Positions 30,552 through 40,105 of a DNA stretch of 64,000 bases are shown here, one piece after another. Positions within the stretch are counted from its first letter, which is position 1. Each line of letters begins with the position of its first letter. This stretch comes from Thermoplasmatota archaeon. Its GTDB lineage: Archaea; Thermoplasmatota; Thermoplasmata; UBA10834. The translations under genes and the position numbers were made by a program. The stretch lies in the NCBI GenBank assembly GCA_963818745.1, contig CAWFTI010000003.1, positions 77,212 to 141,211 of the forward strand, read 5' to 3'. The notes beneath the pieces are model-generated. The model was not told the DNA's origin. It made no database searches and saw nothing but the letters and a program-made list of their open reading frames with translations.

Positions 30552-30642
30552 CCGGGCCGCCTCCTCGCTCTGAATCCTTGGACGGCTATAATATGTTATT
30601 GAATCCATCGAAAAAGAGGTTCCTGGCCAGCGTGTCCCGGCA

Positions 30643-31497
30643 TCACCTGAAGATCTTCTCCAAGGCGGGCCTGAGGTCCTTCGCTATCTCGGGTCTCTCG
30701 AGGCTCAGTTCCACGGTCGCCCTTATCCAATCCGCCTTGCTGCCGATGTCGAACCTGCGGCCCATGAACCTGAGCCCGTACATGCCCTTCTTGTGGCACA
30801 GCAGCCTCATGGCGTCCGTGAGCTGGTACTCGCCGCCCTTCCCCAGACCTATCCTCTCGAGGTATGTGAATATCTCGGGCTGGAACACGTACCTGCCGAT
30901 GATGGCCAGGTCCGAGGGCGCCTCCTCGGGGGACGGCTTCTCGATCAGGTCGTCTATCTTGTAGATGTTGTCCCTGACCTTCTTCCCCTTGATGACGCCG
31001 TACCTTGATATCTTGGACTTGGGGACGCGCTCCACGCCCACGACCGAGCTGCGAGTCTCCTCGTGGACATCTACGAGCTGGCCGATGCAGGGATGGTCGT
31101 TGACGACGATGTCGTCCCCGAGCATCACGGCGAAGGGCTCGTTCCCCACATGCTTCTTCGCGCAGAGTATGGCGTGCCCGAGGCCCAGCTGCTCCTTCTG
31201 CCTGATGTAGAATATGTCGGCCATCGAGGCGATCCTCTGGACCTCTTCCAGGTCCTCCTTGTTCCCCGACTCGCGGAGCCTGTGCTCGAGCTCGTAGGAC
31301 TTGTCGAAGTGGTCCTCGATCGCCCGCTTGCCCCTGCCGCTGATGATGATGATGTCGGTCATGCCCGAGGCGACGGCCTCCTCGACGACGTACTGTATCG
31401 CGGGCCTGTCGACGACTGGCAGCATCTCCTTGGGCTGCGCCTTGGTCGCGGGCAGGAACCTGGTGCCGAGACCGGCCGCAGGTATGACTACCTTCAT
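30643..31497 (-). CDS. galU: UTP--glucose-1-phosphate uridylyltransferase
   Basis: MKVVIPAAGLGTRFLPATKAQPKEMLPVVDRP signature. Confidence 0.85.
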   Translation of the reverse strand: MKVVIPAAGLGTRFLPATKAQPKEMLPVVDRPAIQYVVEEAVASGMTDIIIISGRGKRAIEDHFDKSYELEHRLRESGNKEDLEEVQRIASMADIFYIRQKEQLGLGHAILCAKKHVGNEPFAVMLGDDIVVNDHPCIGQLVDVHEETRSSVVGVERVPKSKISRYGVIKGKKVRDNIYKIDDLIEKPSPEEAPSDLAIIGRYVFQPEIFTYLERIGLGKGGEYQLTDAMRLLCHKKGMYGLRFMGRRFDIGSKADWIRATVELSLERPEIAKDLRPALEKIFR

Positions 31498-31594
31498 CAG
31501 GGAAATGAACGGCCAGTGGCCATATAATCCTTTGCCGAGTATCGCGATTTTCGCATCAAAAGGATTATTACCGCACCTGGCGGTTCACAGCCCC

Positions 31595-32917
31595 ATGAAG
31601 GTGTGCGTCCTCGGGGCGGGGTATGTCGGGCTCGCCACTGGCGTGATGTTCGGGAAGCTCGGACACTCGGTCGTCTGCGCGGATATCGATCCCGTGCGGG
31701 TCAAGACTGTCAACGGCGGCAAGGCGCCGTTCTACGAGCCCCCTCTGGAGAAGGAGCTCGCGAAGCTCGTGAAGGCAGGCAGGCTCGGCGCGAGCACAGA
31801 TGTCAGAGGGGCCGCCGAGGATGCGCGACTCATATTCATCTGCGTCCAGACGCCGTCGCTCCCGTCCGGCAGGATCGACATCCGGCCCGTGAAGGCCGCG
31901 AGCAGGAGCATCGCGAAGGTCCTCGGACGGGCAGAGGATTTCAAGGTCGTCGTGATGAAGAGCACCGTGGTGCCGGGGACGACCGACTCGGTGATCCTCC
32001 CGATACTGGAGCGTGGTTCGGGGAAGAAGGCGGGCAAGGATTTCGGACTGTGCATGAACCCCGAGTTCCTCCAGGAAGGAAGCGCGCTCAAGGACAGCAT
32101 GGAACCTTCCAGGATAGTCATCGGCTCCTTCGACAAGCGCTCGGGAGACATCCTGGCGAAGGTGTATTCGCCCATCAGAGCGGACAGGGTCCGGACGGAC
32201 CTCAGGACCGCGGAGATGATCAAGTACGCATCGAACTCGTTCCTCGCGACGAAGATAACCTATGCGAACGAGATCGCGAACATGTGCTACAGGTTCGGGA
32301 TAGACTCGGAGACCGTGCTCAGGGCCGCCGGGATGGACCCCAGGATAGGGTCTCTCTTCCTCAAGCCCGGGCTGGGGTTCGGAGGCAGCTGCCTCCCGAA
32401 GGACGTCAAGGCGCTCAAGGACAGGGCGAGGCGGGACGGATACTCCCCCAGGCTGCTCAACGCGCTCCTCGAGATAAACGAGAGGCAGCCTTCGGAGGCC
32501 GTGTGGATGCTCGAGAAGGAGGTCGGGCCTCTAGGCGGGAAGCGGGTCGCGGTGCTCGGGCTGTCTTTCAAGGGCGGCGTGGACGACACCCGCGAGACCA
32601 GGGCCGTCCCTCTGATAACCGCGCTTCTGGCAAAGGGCGCGAAGGTCGTGGCGTACGACCCCATGGCCATGAGCAACTTCATCAGGCTGATGCCCACGAT
32701 CGAGTATGCGGCATCGGCGTCCGAATGCCTCGAAGGGGCGGACGGGTGCATCGTCCAGGCGGACTGGAAGGATTTCAGGAAGCTCGGGAAGAAGGAGTTC
32801 TCGAGGATGAGGAACGCCGTCGTCGTGGACGGCCGCAGGTGCCTCGACCCGGACGCGGTGCGCAAGGCGGGCGCGAAGTACCTGGGGGTCGGGTACGGGC
32901 CTGCCAGTCATCCCTGA
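31595..32917 (+). CDS. UDP-glucose / UDP-N-acetyl-sugar 6-dehydrogenase family enzyme
   Basis: MKVCVLGAGYVGL Rossmann fold and catalytic GFGGSCLPKDV. The part of ORF 31301..32917 upstream of the ATG at 31595 is antisense shadow. Substrate (UDP-Glc versus UDP-GlcNAc/ManNAc) cannot be decided from sequence alone. Confidence 0.85.
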   Translation: MKVCVLGAGYVGLATGVMFGKLGHSVVCADIDPVRVKTVNGGKAPFYEPPLEKELAKLVKAGRLGASTDVRGAAEDARLIFICVQTPSLPSGRIDIRPVKAASRSIAKVLGRAEDFKVVVMKSTVVPGTTDSVILPILERGSGKKAGKDFGLCMNPEFLQEGSALKDSMEPSRIVIGSFDKRSGDILAKVYSPIRADRVRTDLRTAEMIKYASNSFLATKITYANEIANMCYRFGIDSETVLRAAGMDPRIGSLFLKPGLGFGGSCLPKDVKALKDRARRDGYSPRLLNALLEINERQPSEAVWMLEKEVGPLGGKRVAVLGLSFKGGVDDTRETRAVPLITALLAKGAKVVAYDPMAMSNFIRLMPTIEYAASASECLEGADGCIVQADWKDFRKLGKKEFSRMRNAVVVDGRRCLDPDAVRKAGAKYLGVGYGPASHP

Positions 32918-32971
32918 ACGCCCTGCAAATGATAATATGTGACAAACCGTTTCGGAGGGCTCTGAAGCCAC

Positions 32972-33823
32972 ATGATGATCAGTGTCGTGCTCAACCTGCT
33001 CAACGAGAAGAGGCACATCAGGGATCTTCTCGACAGCCTCGTGACCCAGGAGGGCCCCTGGGAGATCATAGTCGTGGACGCGGGGAGCTGGGACGGCACC
33101 GTCGACATCATCAAGCACTACATGGAGCAGCACTCCGGGATCAAGCTGTTCATACACCCCGGCACGAGGGGCGAGAGCACGAACTTCGGGCTGGCCCAGG
33201 CCAAGGGTGACGCGGTGGCGACCATAGGCGGGGACTGCATCGCGAATCCCTTCTGGTTCAAGGAGCTGAGGAAGACCCTTTCGAAGTACGACATCGTGGC
33301 CGGGAAGACCATCAACATCGGATACCACGCGTTCGAGGACCTGGAGCGGGTGGAGCTGCTCCACAATGGCTTCGACGTATCGTACCCGAGCGCCAACATG
33401 GCCTGGAGGAAGAAGGTCCTCGACGACATCCAGGGTTTCGACGAGTGGTTCGTGACCGCGGAGGACATCGACCTCAACTACAGGGCCGTGTCGAAGGGCT
33501 ACACGTTGGGCTACAACGACGACGCCATCGTGTACCACCGGACGAAGGGCAGCTTCCGCGGGTTCTTCAAGCAGGCGTTCTGGAACGGCTGGGGCAGGAA
33601 GCAGCTGACGGTCAAGCACGGGCCGCTCTGGACGAGCTACAAGCCCCAGAGGCTGTTCGAGACCTCCAAGTCCTTCTGGGCCGTTGCGAGGCTCGTCGTC
33701 GCGTCCCTCGGATACCTCATGTGCAAGTTCTACGAGAAGCCCCCGGAGAGGATCCTCGCGGCGGCGAAGGCGGGGCAGCGGCCGAAGCAGAGGCGCTTCA
33801 AGGTGCTGTTCCCTGGTAGGTGA
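32972..33823 (+). CDS. Glycosyltransferase family 2
   Basis: MMISVVLNLLNEKRHI...EIIVVDAGSWDGT and a DxD-like region; 283 aa. Confidence 0.8.
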   Translation: MMISVVLNLLNEKRHIRDLLDSLVTQEGPWEIIVVDAGSWDGTVDIIKHYMEQHSGIKLFIHPGTRGESTNFGLAQAKGDAVATIGGDCIANPFWFKELRKTLSKYDIVAGKTINIGYHAFEDLERVELLHNGFDVSYPSANMAWRKKVLDDIQGFDEWFVTAEDIDLNYRAVSKGYTLGYNDDAIVYHRTKGSFRGFFKQAFWNGWGRKQLTVKHGPLWTSYKPQRLFETSKSFWAVARLVVASLGYLMCKFYEKPPERILAAAKAGQRPKQRRFKVLFPGR

Positions 33824-33827
33824 TGTT

Positions 33828-34502
33828 CTGGCCAACTCGAAGGTCTCGGTCATAATACCCACAATGAACGAGGAGAAGAGTATAGGCCTGGTGATCGACG
33901 AGGTCCAGAAGGCGCTCGTCGGCAGGAGGCCCTTCGAGATCATCGTGGTCGACACGAACTCCAGGGACAGGACGCGCGCGATCGCCGCAGAGAAGGGCGC
34001 GGTCGTCGTGGACGAACCCAGGAGAGGCTACGGACGCGCGTACAAGACCGGGTTCGAGAAGGCCTCGGGAGAGCTCATCGCGACCCTCGACGCCGACATG
34101 ACCTACCCCGCATCCGACATCCCGGCGATCGCGGACAAGCTGGAGGCCGAAGGGCTCGAGTTCGTCACGACGAACAGGTTCGCGCGCATGGACAAGGGCG
34201 CGATGAGCGGGAAGCACAGGTTCGGCAACTGGGTCCTATCGGCGACCGCAAGGCTCCTTTTCCGCGTGAAGCTGAAGGACTCCCAGAGCGGCATGTGGGT
34301 GTTCAGGAAGGAGATACTGCCCAGGCTCGTGCTCGAGAGCGACGGCATGTCGATGTCCGAGGAGCTCAAGGTCGAGGCCTTCAGGAAGGCGAAGTCGGCC
34401 GAGGTGCCCATCAGCTACAGGGTCAGGATCGGCGATGTGAAGCTCAACAGCTGGAAGGACGGCATCGGGAACCTGAAGTATCTTTTCAAGAAGCGGTTCT
34501 AA
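33828..34502 (+). CDS. Glycosyltransferase family 2, dolichyl-phosphate hexose synthase-like; start codon unresolved
   Basis: KVSVIIPTMNEEKSIG...FEIIVVDTNSRDRT...TLDADMTYP. There is no ATG/GTG/TTG between the upstream stop (33821-33823) and the conserved VSVIIPT. An ATG at 33823 sits in another frame (see findings). Confidence 0.7.
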   Translation: MANSKVSVIIPTMNEEKSIGLVIDEVQKALVGRRPFEIIVVDTNSRDRTRAIAAEKGAVVVDEPRRGYGRAYKTGFEKASGELIATLDADMTYPASDIPAIADKLEAEGLEFVTTNRFARMDKGAMSGKHRFGNWVLSATARLLFRVKLKDSQSGMWVFRKEILPRLVLESDGMSMSEELKVEAFRKAKSAEVPISYRVRIGDVKLNSWKDGIGNLKYLFKKRF

Positions 34503-36391
34503 GGCTTCCGGGGCTTCCTTCCGAGCAGGGCGAACGCGGCGACCGAGGCCGCCGACGCGACTGATTATCAGAACGATGGCGAGCGGCAGGATGTCGTTGG
34601 TCTCCTCACTGGGCGCGATGACCTCGATGGAGAGCTGTGCGCCCGATTCCCACAGGACGACCCTCGTCCCATCCGACGACTGTCTCCGGTGTCCAGGTCC
34701 CTGACCTCGAGCGCGTACATCTCTCCGAGGAGCACCTCGGAGGAGACATTCAGCTCGCGGCGATAGCTCCCGTCACTGTGCTCCAGGGCGAGCGCGGTCC
34801 CGTCGGGCCGTAGCAGGGCGACCTCGTAGCCGTCGCCCTGAGGTACGCCTTGGCGCGTGACCTCCACCGAGAGCTCGACCGTCCCGTTGAGGAAGTCGAT
34901 GTCGACCTCCTGGTACGAGACGGCAGATCCGTCCAGGGACGAGCTGGCAGCGACCAGGAGATGTCCGAAGACGCCGGAGATGTCGATCTGATGTTCGGAC
35001 GAGGTGATCGTGGTGATTAGCATGATCCCGCCGGGGTACGAGCCGAACACCCACGCCTCGAAGGCCGTCCCCGGGTTGGCGGTCCCGGGCCAGGTGAGGG
35101 TCGCGGTGTCCCACTCGTCATCCTCGTCGTTCGGCGGAATCGGAGTAGGTCAGCTCGACCTCCAGGATTGTTCGGCACCTGAGCGTCGTCCGTCCTGACG
35201 ACCAGTCCGAACTCGTACCAGGGCGTCGATGCGATCTGCAGGTCGGCGTAGGCGGCATCCGAGCCGTACGCCGACAGGAGCGTAGATGGTCGCCCCGGAG
35301 GCGTTCTCCACGGATTGTCCGTCGACGGGGTCGAGGTGGGAGTAGGTTCGGAAGTAGACGGTCGTGTTCGCGTAAGCCAGAACGAATCTCAGGACGGAGT
35401 CCTTGATCTCGAGCGACAGGTCCGCCCTCCTCAGCCTGCCCGCGAAGTCCCCGACGTCGGCCGCCCAATCGTCATCGTACGATTCGGCATCGATGAGCGC
35501 CTGGCGCGTCTGGTCGTCGAAGAGCCGGTCGTACTTGTACCCCAGCTGCGAGAGCGTCCCCAGCCTGGCTGCGAGTTCGTCCATCGTGGACAGGTCGTAG
35601 AGCGCCATCGTCGCGGAATAGAACGACCCGTAGAACGCCCAGTCGATGAACCCGTCGACCACCGCCCTGCCGAAGTCTTCGACCGATTGGCCGAGGTCCG
35701 CGGAGAGCGCGCCGAGCACGGAATCGTAGGGCAGTCCGTCCGCCTGGACGCTCTTCTCGCTCGCGACCAGGTAGTCCGCGTACTCCCTGATCTCGTACAT
35801 GCACTCGATCGTTCCCTCGGCGCAGGAATCGATGATGACCATGTCCAGGGTCCTGCCGATGTCCTCCGTCGCGTTCCTCAGCCCCATGCTCAGCTCAGGA
35901 AGCGTCAGGAGATCGTACCCGTCGGGGCAGACCCCCCTCCAGCCCGCGCCGTGGCCCCACAGAACGAGGACGAGCCTGTCGGCCGGGTACATCTCATATG
36001 CGGTTTGGATGAATTGGGACAGCGTGTCCGGAGAGGACATGTCGGCCTCGTCCGTGTAAGGTATCTCCTCGGAGACGATCGTCGGGTCGAGCCAGTTCGG
36101 GTCCTCCGCGACCTCCAGCAGCATCGTGTTGTCCGGACCATACGGGTCCACGAGCGCGACAACGTTCAGGCCGTCGACATGGTCGAAATCCTCCATCTCG
36201 TTGATGTCGTTCGCCCACGGCAGCTCGGGCAACGCGTCGGCCGCCATGTAGACCATGACCGTCCAGGTCTCGTCCTGCAGCGCTTCTGCGGAACCACCGA
36301 CGGAAGCACACGCCGCTGATGCTAGGATCGAGAGGACGATGGTCAGGGCGACGCCGCACTTTGTCGTCGCGTCGTTGGCGGAGTCTGGCAA
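34499..36391 (-). pseudogene. Clostripain-like (peptidase C11) surface protein with an N-terminal signal/lipobox-like segment and a C-terminal TM anchor; at least 5 frame changes
   Basis: ORF 35150..36391 carries VLVLWGHGAGW (His) and IIDSCAEG (Cys), plus an N-terminal LSILASAAC segment. The continuation can be followed through frame switches near 35265-35275, 35161-35175, 35128-35138, 34676-34686 and 34555-34568, down to ...ILPLAIVLII/SVASAASVAAFALLGRKPRKP with a stop at 34499-34501. Confidence 0.7.
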
Positions 36392-36392
36392 G

Positions 36393-36944
36393 TCACGCGA
36401 CCCCCACGAGCTCCAGGCTCTTCCGGATGCTGTCCTTGAACGCCTTCGTCTTGTCCCTCCGGTACAAGCACGCGGCCGGATGGTAAGCGACGATGGCCGT
36501 GACCTTCCTCCCGAAGATCTCTGCCTCGAACGGCCTCCCGGCGATGTCCGCCATCTTCCCCTTCGTCCCGAAGAGCCCTTCTGCCACCGTCTGGCCGAGG
36601 GCGCAGACGACCGCTGGACGGATCCTCTCGATCTCGGATGATATGAACTGCCTGCAGGCCTCCACCTCGTCCTTCCTCGGCCTGCGGTTGTCAGGCGGGC
36701 GGCACTTCACGATGTTGGTGATGTAGACGTCCTCTCTCCGCGACCCAGCGTCCTCGAGGGCGCCGTTGAGAATCATACCCGCCCTGCCAACGAACGGCTC
36801 GCCCTTCAGGTCCTCGTCCTTGCCCGGGGCCTCCCCGACGAAGACTATCCTGGAGGCGCACCTGCCGACTCCCGCAACGACCTGGGTCCTGCCCTTCGAC
36901 AGACGGCACTTCGCGCACTTCGGGTCGATGCTTCCGCAGGTCAT
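36393..36944 (-). CDS. udg: Uracil-DNA glycosylase, family 4 (Fe-S type)
   Basis: MTCGSIDPKCAKCRLSKGRTQVV...FVGEAPGKDEDLKGEPFVGRAG...NIVKCRPP motifs. The ATG at 36944 overlaps the restored pyrE stop (ATGA). Confidence 0.85.
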   Translation of the reverse strand: MTCGSIDPKCAKCRLSKGRTQVVAGVGRCASRIVFVGEAPGKDEDLKGEPFVGRAGMILNGALEDAGSRREDVYITNIVKCRPPDNRRPRKDEVEACRQFISSEIERIRPAVVCALGQTVAEGLFGTKGKMADIAGRPFEAEIFGRKVTAIVAYHPAACLYRRDKTKAFKDSIRKSLELVGVA

Positions 36945-37445
36945 GCGAGGTCCTTGGCCTTGAAGATCGAGACCAGCTCGATCCCGTTCTGGGAGAGCAG
37001 TTCCTTCAGCGCCCTCTTCCCTGTCGACCACGACCACCGCCTTCACGACGTGCGCCCCCTTCTCCCTCAGGGCGTTCACGACCCGCATCGTGGACGCACC
37101 GGTTGTGGCGACGTCCTCCACGACGACGAACTTCTCGCCGGGGTTGACCTCGCCCTCGATGAGGTCCTTGGTGCCGTGGTCCTTGGGCTCCTTCCTGACC
37201 ATCACGAAAGGCCTCTCCGTCTCGAGGGCCACCGCGACCGCGAGCGGGACCGCCCCGAGCGCCATGCCCGCGATCTTCATGTCGGGCATCACGTGCGGCG
37301 CCATCTCCTTCGCGATCGCCTTGAGCACCTTAGGGTCGGTGCTGGCGCGCTTGATGTTCACGAAATAGTTGCTCTTCTTACCGGATGCGAGAACGAAGTC
37401 CCCGGTCTGGACGACCTTGAGGTCTTTCAGCATCTGCTTGAGCAT
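36941..37445 (-). CDS. pyrE: Orotate phosphoribosyltransferase, frame interrupted near the 3' end
   Basis: PRPP-binding loop VVVEDVATTGAS. After about 37002-37013 the +1 frame reads (A)LKELLSQNGIELVSIFKAKDLA with a stop at 36941-36943. In the frame as sequenced, the ORF runs straight into udg (ORF 36393..37445). Confidence 0.8.
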
Positions 37446-37454
37446 GCCTCTCCC

Positions 37455-38018
37455 CTACCAGGGCACATCCTTCTTTCCCAACTTATAACCTATGATGTTT
37501 ATGCCCCTGTGCAGGAGCGGCACCACCACTAGGAACAGCATCAGCGCGAGGAGGCCGTCGCCCCTGATGTAGTGGTCCAGGAACCAGGTCTGCCTGGTGA
37601 GGAACACGAGCACGACGGCGCCCGCAACGAAATTGAACTGGTCGAGCACGGGCGCCTTCCTGCCCCTCTGGACCCCGAGCCTGCGCTTCAGGAACGACCC
37701 GATGCTGTCCCCGGCCATCGACCCCAGCGCGAGGCTCGTGACCGCGACCACGGACCACGGCATCGGCCCGAAGCCCCAGGAATCCTGCGTCCCGAGCCCC
37801 TCCGCGATGCCTATCTGGACGAGGCCGAACGCCATCCCGGAGGTCGCCCCTCCGAAGAACCCCCTCCAGGTCTTCCCGTCACCGAGGATGCGCTTTCCCC
37901 TCCAGGACCTCCCGAAGTCCATGGGCACGCCCCCGCCGAAGAGCACGGCCGCTGAGTTGGGTATCAGCGCGGGGAGCATGAGCCAAAGTCCGGCGAGCAT
38001 CGTCTCGATCGGGGTCAT
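37455..38018 (-). CDS. carS: CDP-archaeol synthase (CarS, DUF46 family)
   Basis: LPALIPNSAAVLFGGGVPMDFG...GDGKTWRGFFGG, characteristic of archaeal CarS; 5 TM segments. Confidence 0.8.
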   Translation of the reverse strand: MTPIETMLAGLWLMLPALIPNSAAVLFGGGVPMDFGRSWRGKRILGDGKTWRGFFGGATSGMAFGLVQIGIAEGLGTQDSWGFGPMPWSVVAVTSLALGSMAGDSIGSFLKRRLGVQRGRKAPVLDQFNFVAGAVVLVFLTRQTWFLDHYIRGDGLLALMLFLVVVPLLHRGINIIGYKLGKKDVPW

Positions 38019-38074
38019 TTTCGGGAGGTTATTGCGTCGGGCTTAATGAATATGCATGGTCTGAGTGCCCCTCA

Positions 38075-40015
38075 TCAGCGCCCGATGCGCGCTTCGGTCC
38101 CCTGGTCGGGCCTCGGGGCCTGCTCCCGCTCGAAGAATCTGGTGACGTCCCCGACCAGGTCGGTGGACCTCCTCGCATCGACGGTGTCCTTGAACTGGAC
38201 CGCGCGTCTGTCGAGGATTATGGCGACCCCCCGGTCGGTCTCGCTCCTGATCAGCCGGCCGATGGCCTGCTGCAGCTTGCGCGATGTGGGCGCCTTGACC
38301 GCGTGCTCCCAGCCGTCCCCGAACCTGATGTCGCAGAAGTGCTGGAGGGCGCGCTGCTTCGCGGTCGGCTTGGGGTACGGTATCCCCGCGATGACCGCGA
38401 TCTCCATCTCCGAGCCCGGGAAGTCCATCCCCTCGCTTATCCTGCCTCCGGAGACGGCGTGCAGGACGGCGTTGCCGGTCGAGAGCTTGAAATCCCTCAC
38501 GGTCCTCATCAGGTCGGCCTGGTCCATCGACCTGGTCTCGAAGAACACGCTCCTGTCCCTGGTCGCTTCCGTGGTCTTCCCCGCGATGCGCTCCATGAGC
38601 GAGTACGACGGGTAGAACACGATCGTGCTCCTCGGGACCTTCGTCATCAGCTCCGAGAGGTGCCCGGCCAGCGTGTCCATCATCGAGTGGTCCCTCTCGA
38701 TCTCCTCGTACTTGGTGGTGACATCGTCCGCGAACAGCACCATGCGGTTCTCGGGTGGGAACGGGGACGGTATCTGCGCGATCCTCGAATCGTCCGGCAG
38801 ACCTATGGACCTTCGGTACTCGTCGAGCGGCCTCAGGGTGCCCGACATGTGCACGCTCCCGTGGCATTCCAGTATCGGCTTGCACGCGAGTGCGGCATCG
38901 AGGCAGTACGCCTCGATCGCCTTCGTCTCGTTCTGGACCACGAGCTTGATGTACTCCCCCGCCTCGAGCGTCTGCCAGAAGGTCAGGAATCTGGCCGTGT
39001 GGTAGATGTACGACCTCGGGAGCCTGCCCATCAGCTTCTTGTTGTCCCTGACCATCTCGCCGAAGTTCGTGGCCTGCCCGAGGATGCCCTTCAGGCCCCT
39101 GCTGGTCATCCGGGTCCTGATCATCATCTCCTCCTCGACGAACGATTCGGGGATGATGCCGTCCTCGTCGATGAGGTACTCCTCGACGGCGCTATCCAGG
39201 ATGTCCCTGAGCATCATGAGGAAGTCCAGCAGGCTCATCCCCTCGCCGACCTCGGGGTCCCCGAACTCCTCGATCTCCCGCTCGCACAGCTTCAGGCCTA
39301 TCTCGGACAGGTCGGCGGACTCGAGCTCCCTGGCGTACGACGGCAGGTTGTGCGCCTCGTCGACGACCACGACGATGTCCGAGAGGCTGCAGGCCATCCA
39401 GTCCAGGAGCGCGTGCCTGATGAACCCGTCGAAGAACATGACGTACGGCGCGGTCACGACCTCTGCCGCCGGCACGTGGAGCTTGCTCACCTCGTAGGGG
39501 CACAGGTTGCGGTCGACGCAGTACGCGACGAACTCCTCCGCCGTGGGCAGCTCGTCCCTCGCGTAGCGCATGACCGGCTGCAGGTCCTCGGAGACCATGG
39601 CCGCGTAGAACTTGCACGCCCTGTCGTCCCCCTTGATCACCCTCGCCTTCCGCTCGCTGCAGACCTTCGAGAGCTCCTCGGAGTTCCCCTCGGACAGCTC
39701 GCGGTCGAGCGCGGCGAGGGGGCACATGTTCTTCCTGCCCTGGAGGGCGACGCCGAAGACCTTGGTCCGCTCGGAGATCTGCCTCAGCTCGAGCATGACC
39801 TGCCGCTGCTGAGAGTTCGTCCGAGTGAGGTAGAGCAGCTTCTTCCCCTTGCCCCCGCAGTGCTTCAGGCACGCCGTCAGAGCGCACACGGTCTTGCCAG
39901 TGCCAGTGCCGCTCTCGACGACTATGTGGGACCTGACGGAGAGCGAGGACGCGATCGAATCCATGAGGCCGTTCTGGCCCTGCCTGGGCCTGTACGGAAA
40001 GGAAGAATACTCCAT
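38075..40015 (-). CDS. xpd: XPD/Rad3-family 5'-3' DNA helicase (Fe-S cluster helicase)
   Basis: Walker A ESGTGTGKT, DEAH box (VVVDEAHNL), four Cys in the Fe-S domain region, and C-terminal helicase motifs (GRLIRSETDRG). I prefer the ATG at 40015 (MEYSSFPYRPRQGQ). Confidence 0.85.
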   Translation of the reverse strand: MEYSSFPYRPRQGQNGLMDSIASSLSVRSHIVVESGTGTGKTVCALTACLKHCGGKGKKLLYLTRTNSQQRQVMLELRQISERTKVFGVALQGRKNMCPLAALDRELSEGNSEELSKVCSERKARVIKGDDRACKFYAAMVSEDLQPVMRYARDELPTAEEFVAYCVDRNLCPYEVSKLHVPAAEVVTAPYVMFFDGFIRHALLDWMACSLSDIVVVVDEAHNLPSYARELESADLSEIGLKLCEREIEEFGDPEVGEGMSLLDFLMMLRDILDSAVEEYLIDEDGIIPESFVEEEMMIRTRMTSRGLKGILGQATNFGEMVRDNKKLMGRLPRSYIYHTARFLTFWQTLEAGEYIKLVVQNETKAIEAYCLDAALACKPILECHGSVHMSGTLRPLDEYRRSIGLPDDSRIAQIPSPFPPENRMVLFADDVTTKYEEIERDHSMMDTLAGHLSELMTKVPRSTIVFYPSYSLMERIAGKTTEATRDRSVFFETRSMDQADLMRTVRDFKLSTGNAVLHAVSGGRISEGMDFPGSEMEIAVIAGIPYPKPTAKQRALQHFCDIRFGDGWEHAVKAPTSRKLQQAIGRLIRSETDRGVAIILDRRAVQFKDTVDARRSTDLVGDVTRFFEREQAPRPDQGTEARIGR

Positions 40016-40105
40016 CCGACCACCGGAAGGGCCTGGATGACTAATGGCTTTCGCTGGGTGAGGTGAAAGTGCAACTCCGTCAGCGCGCACAGGTCATCGG
40101 GCGGT

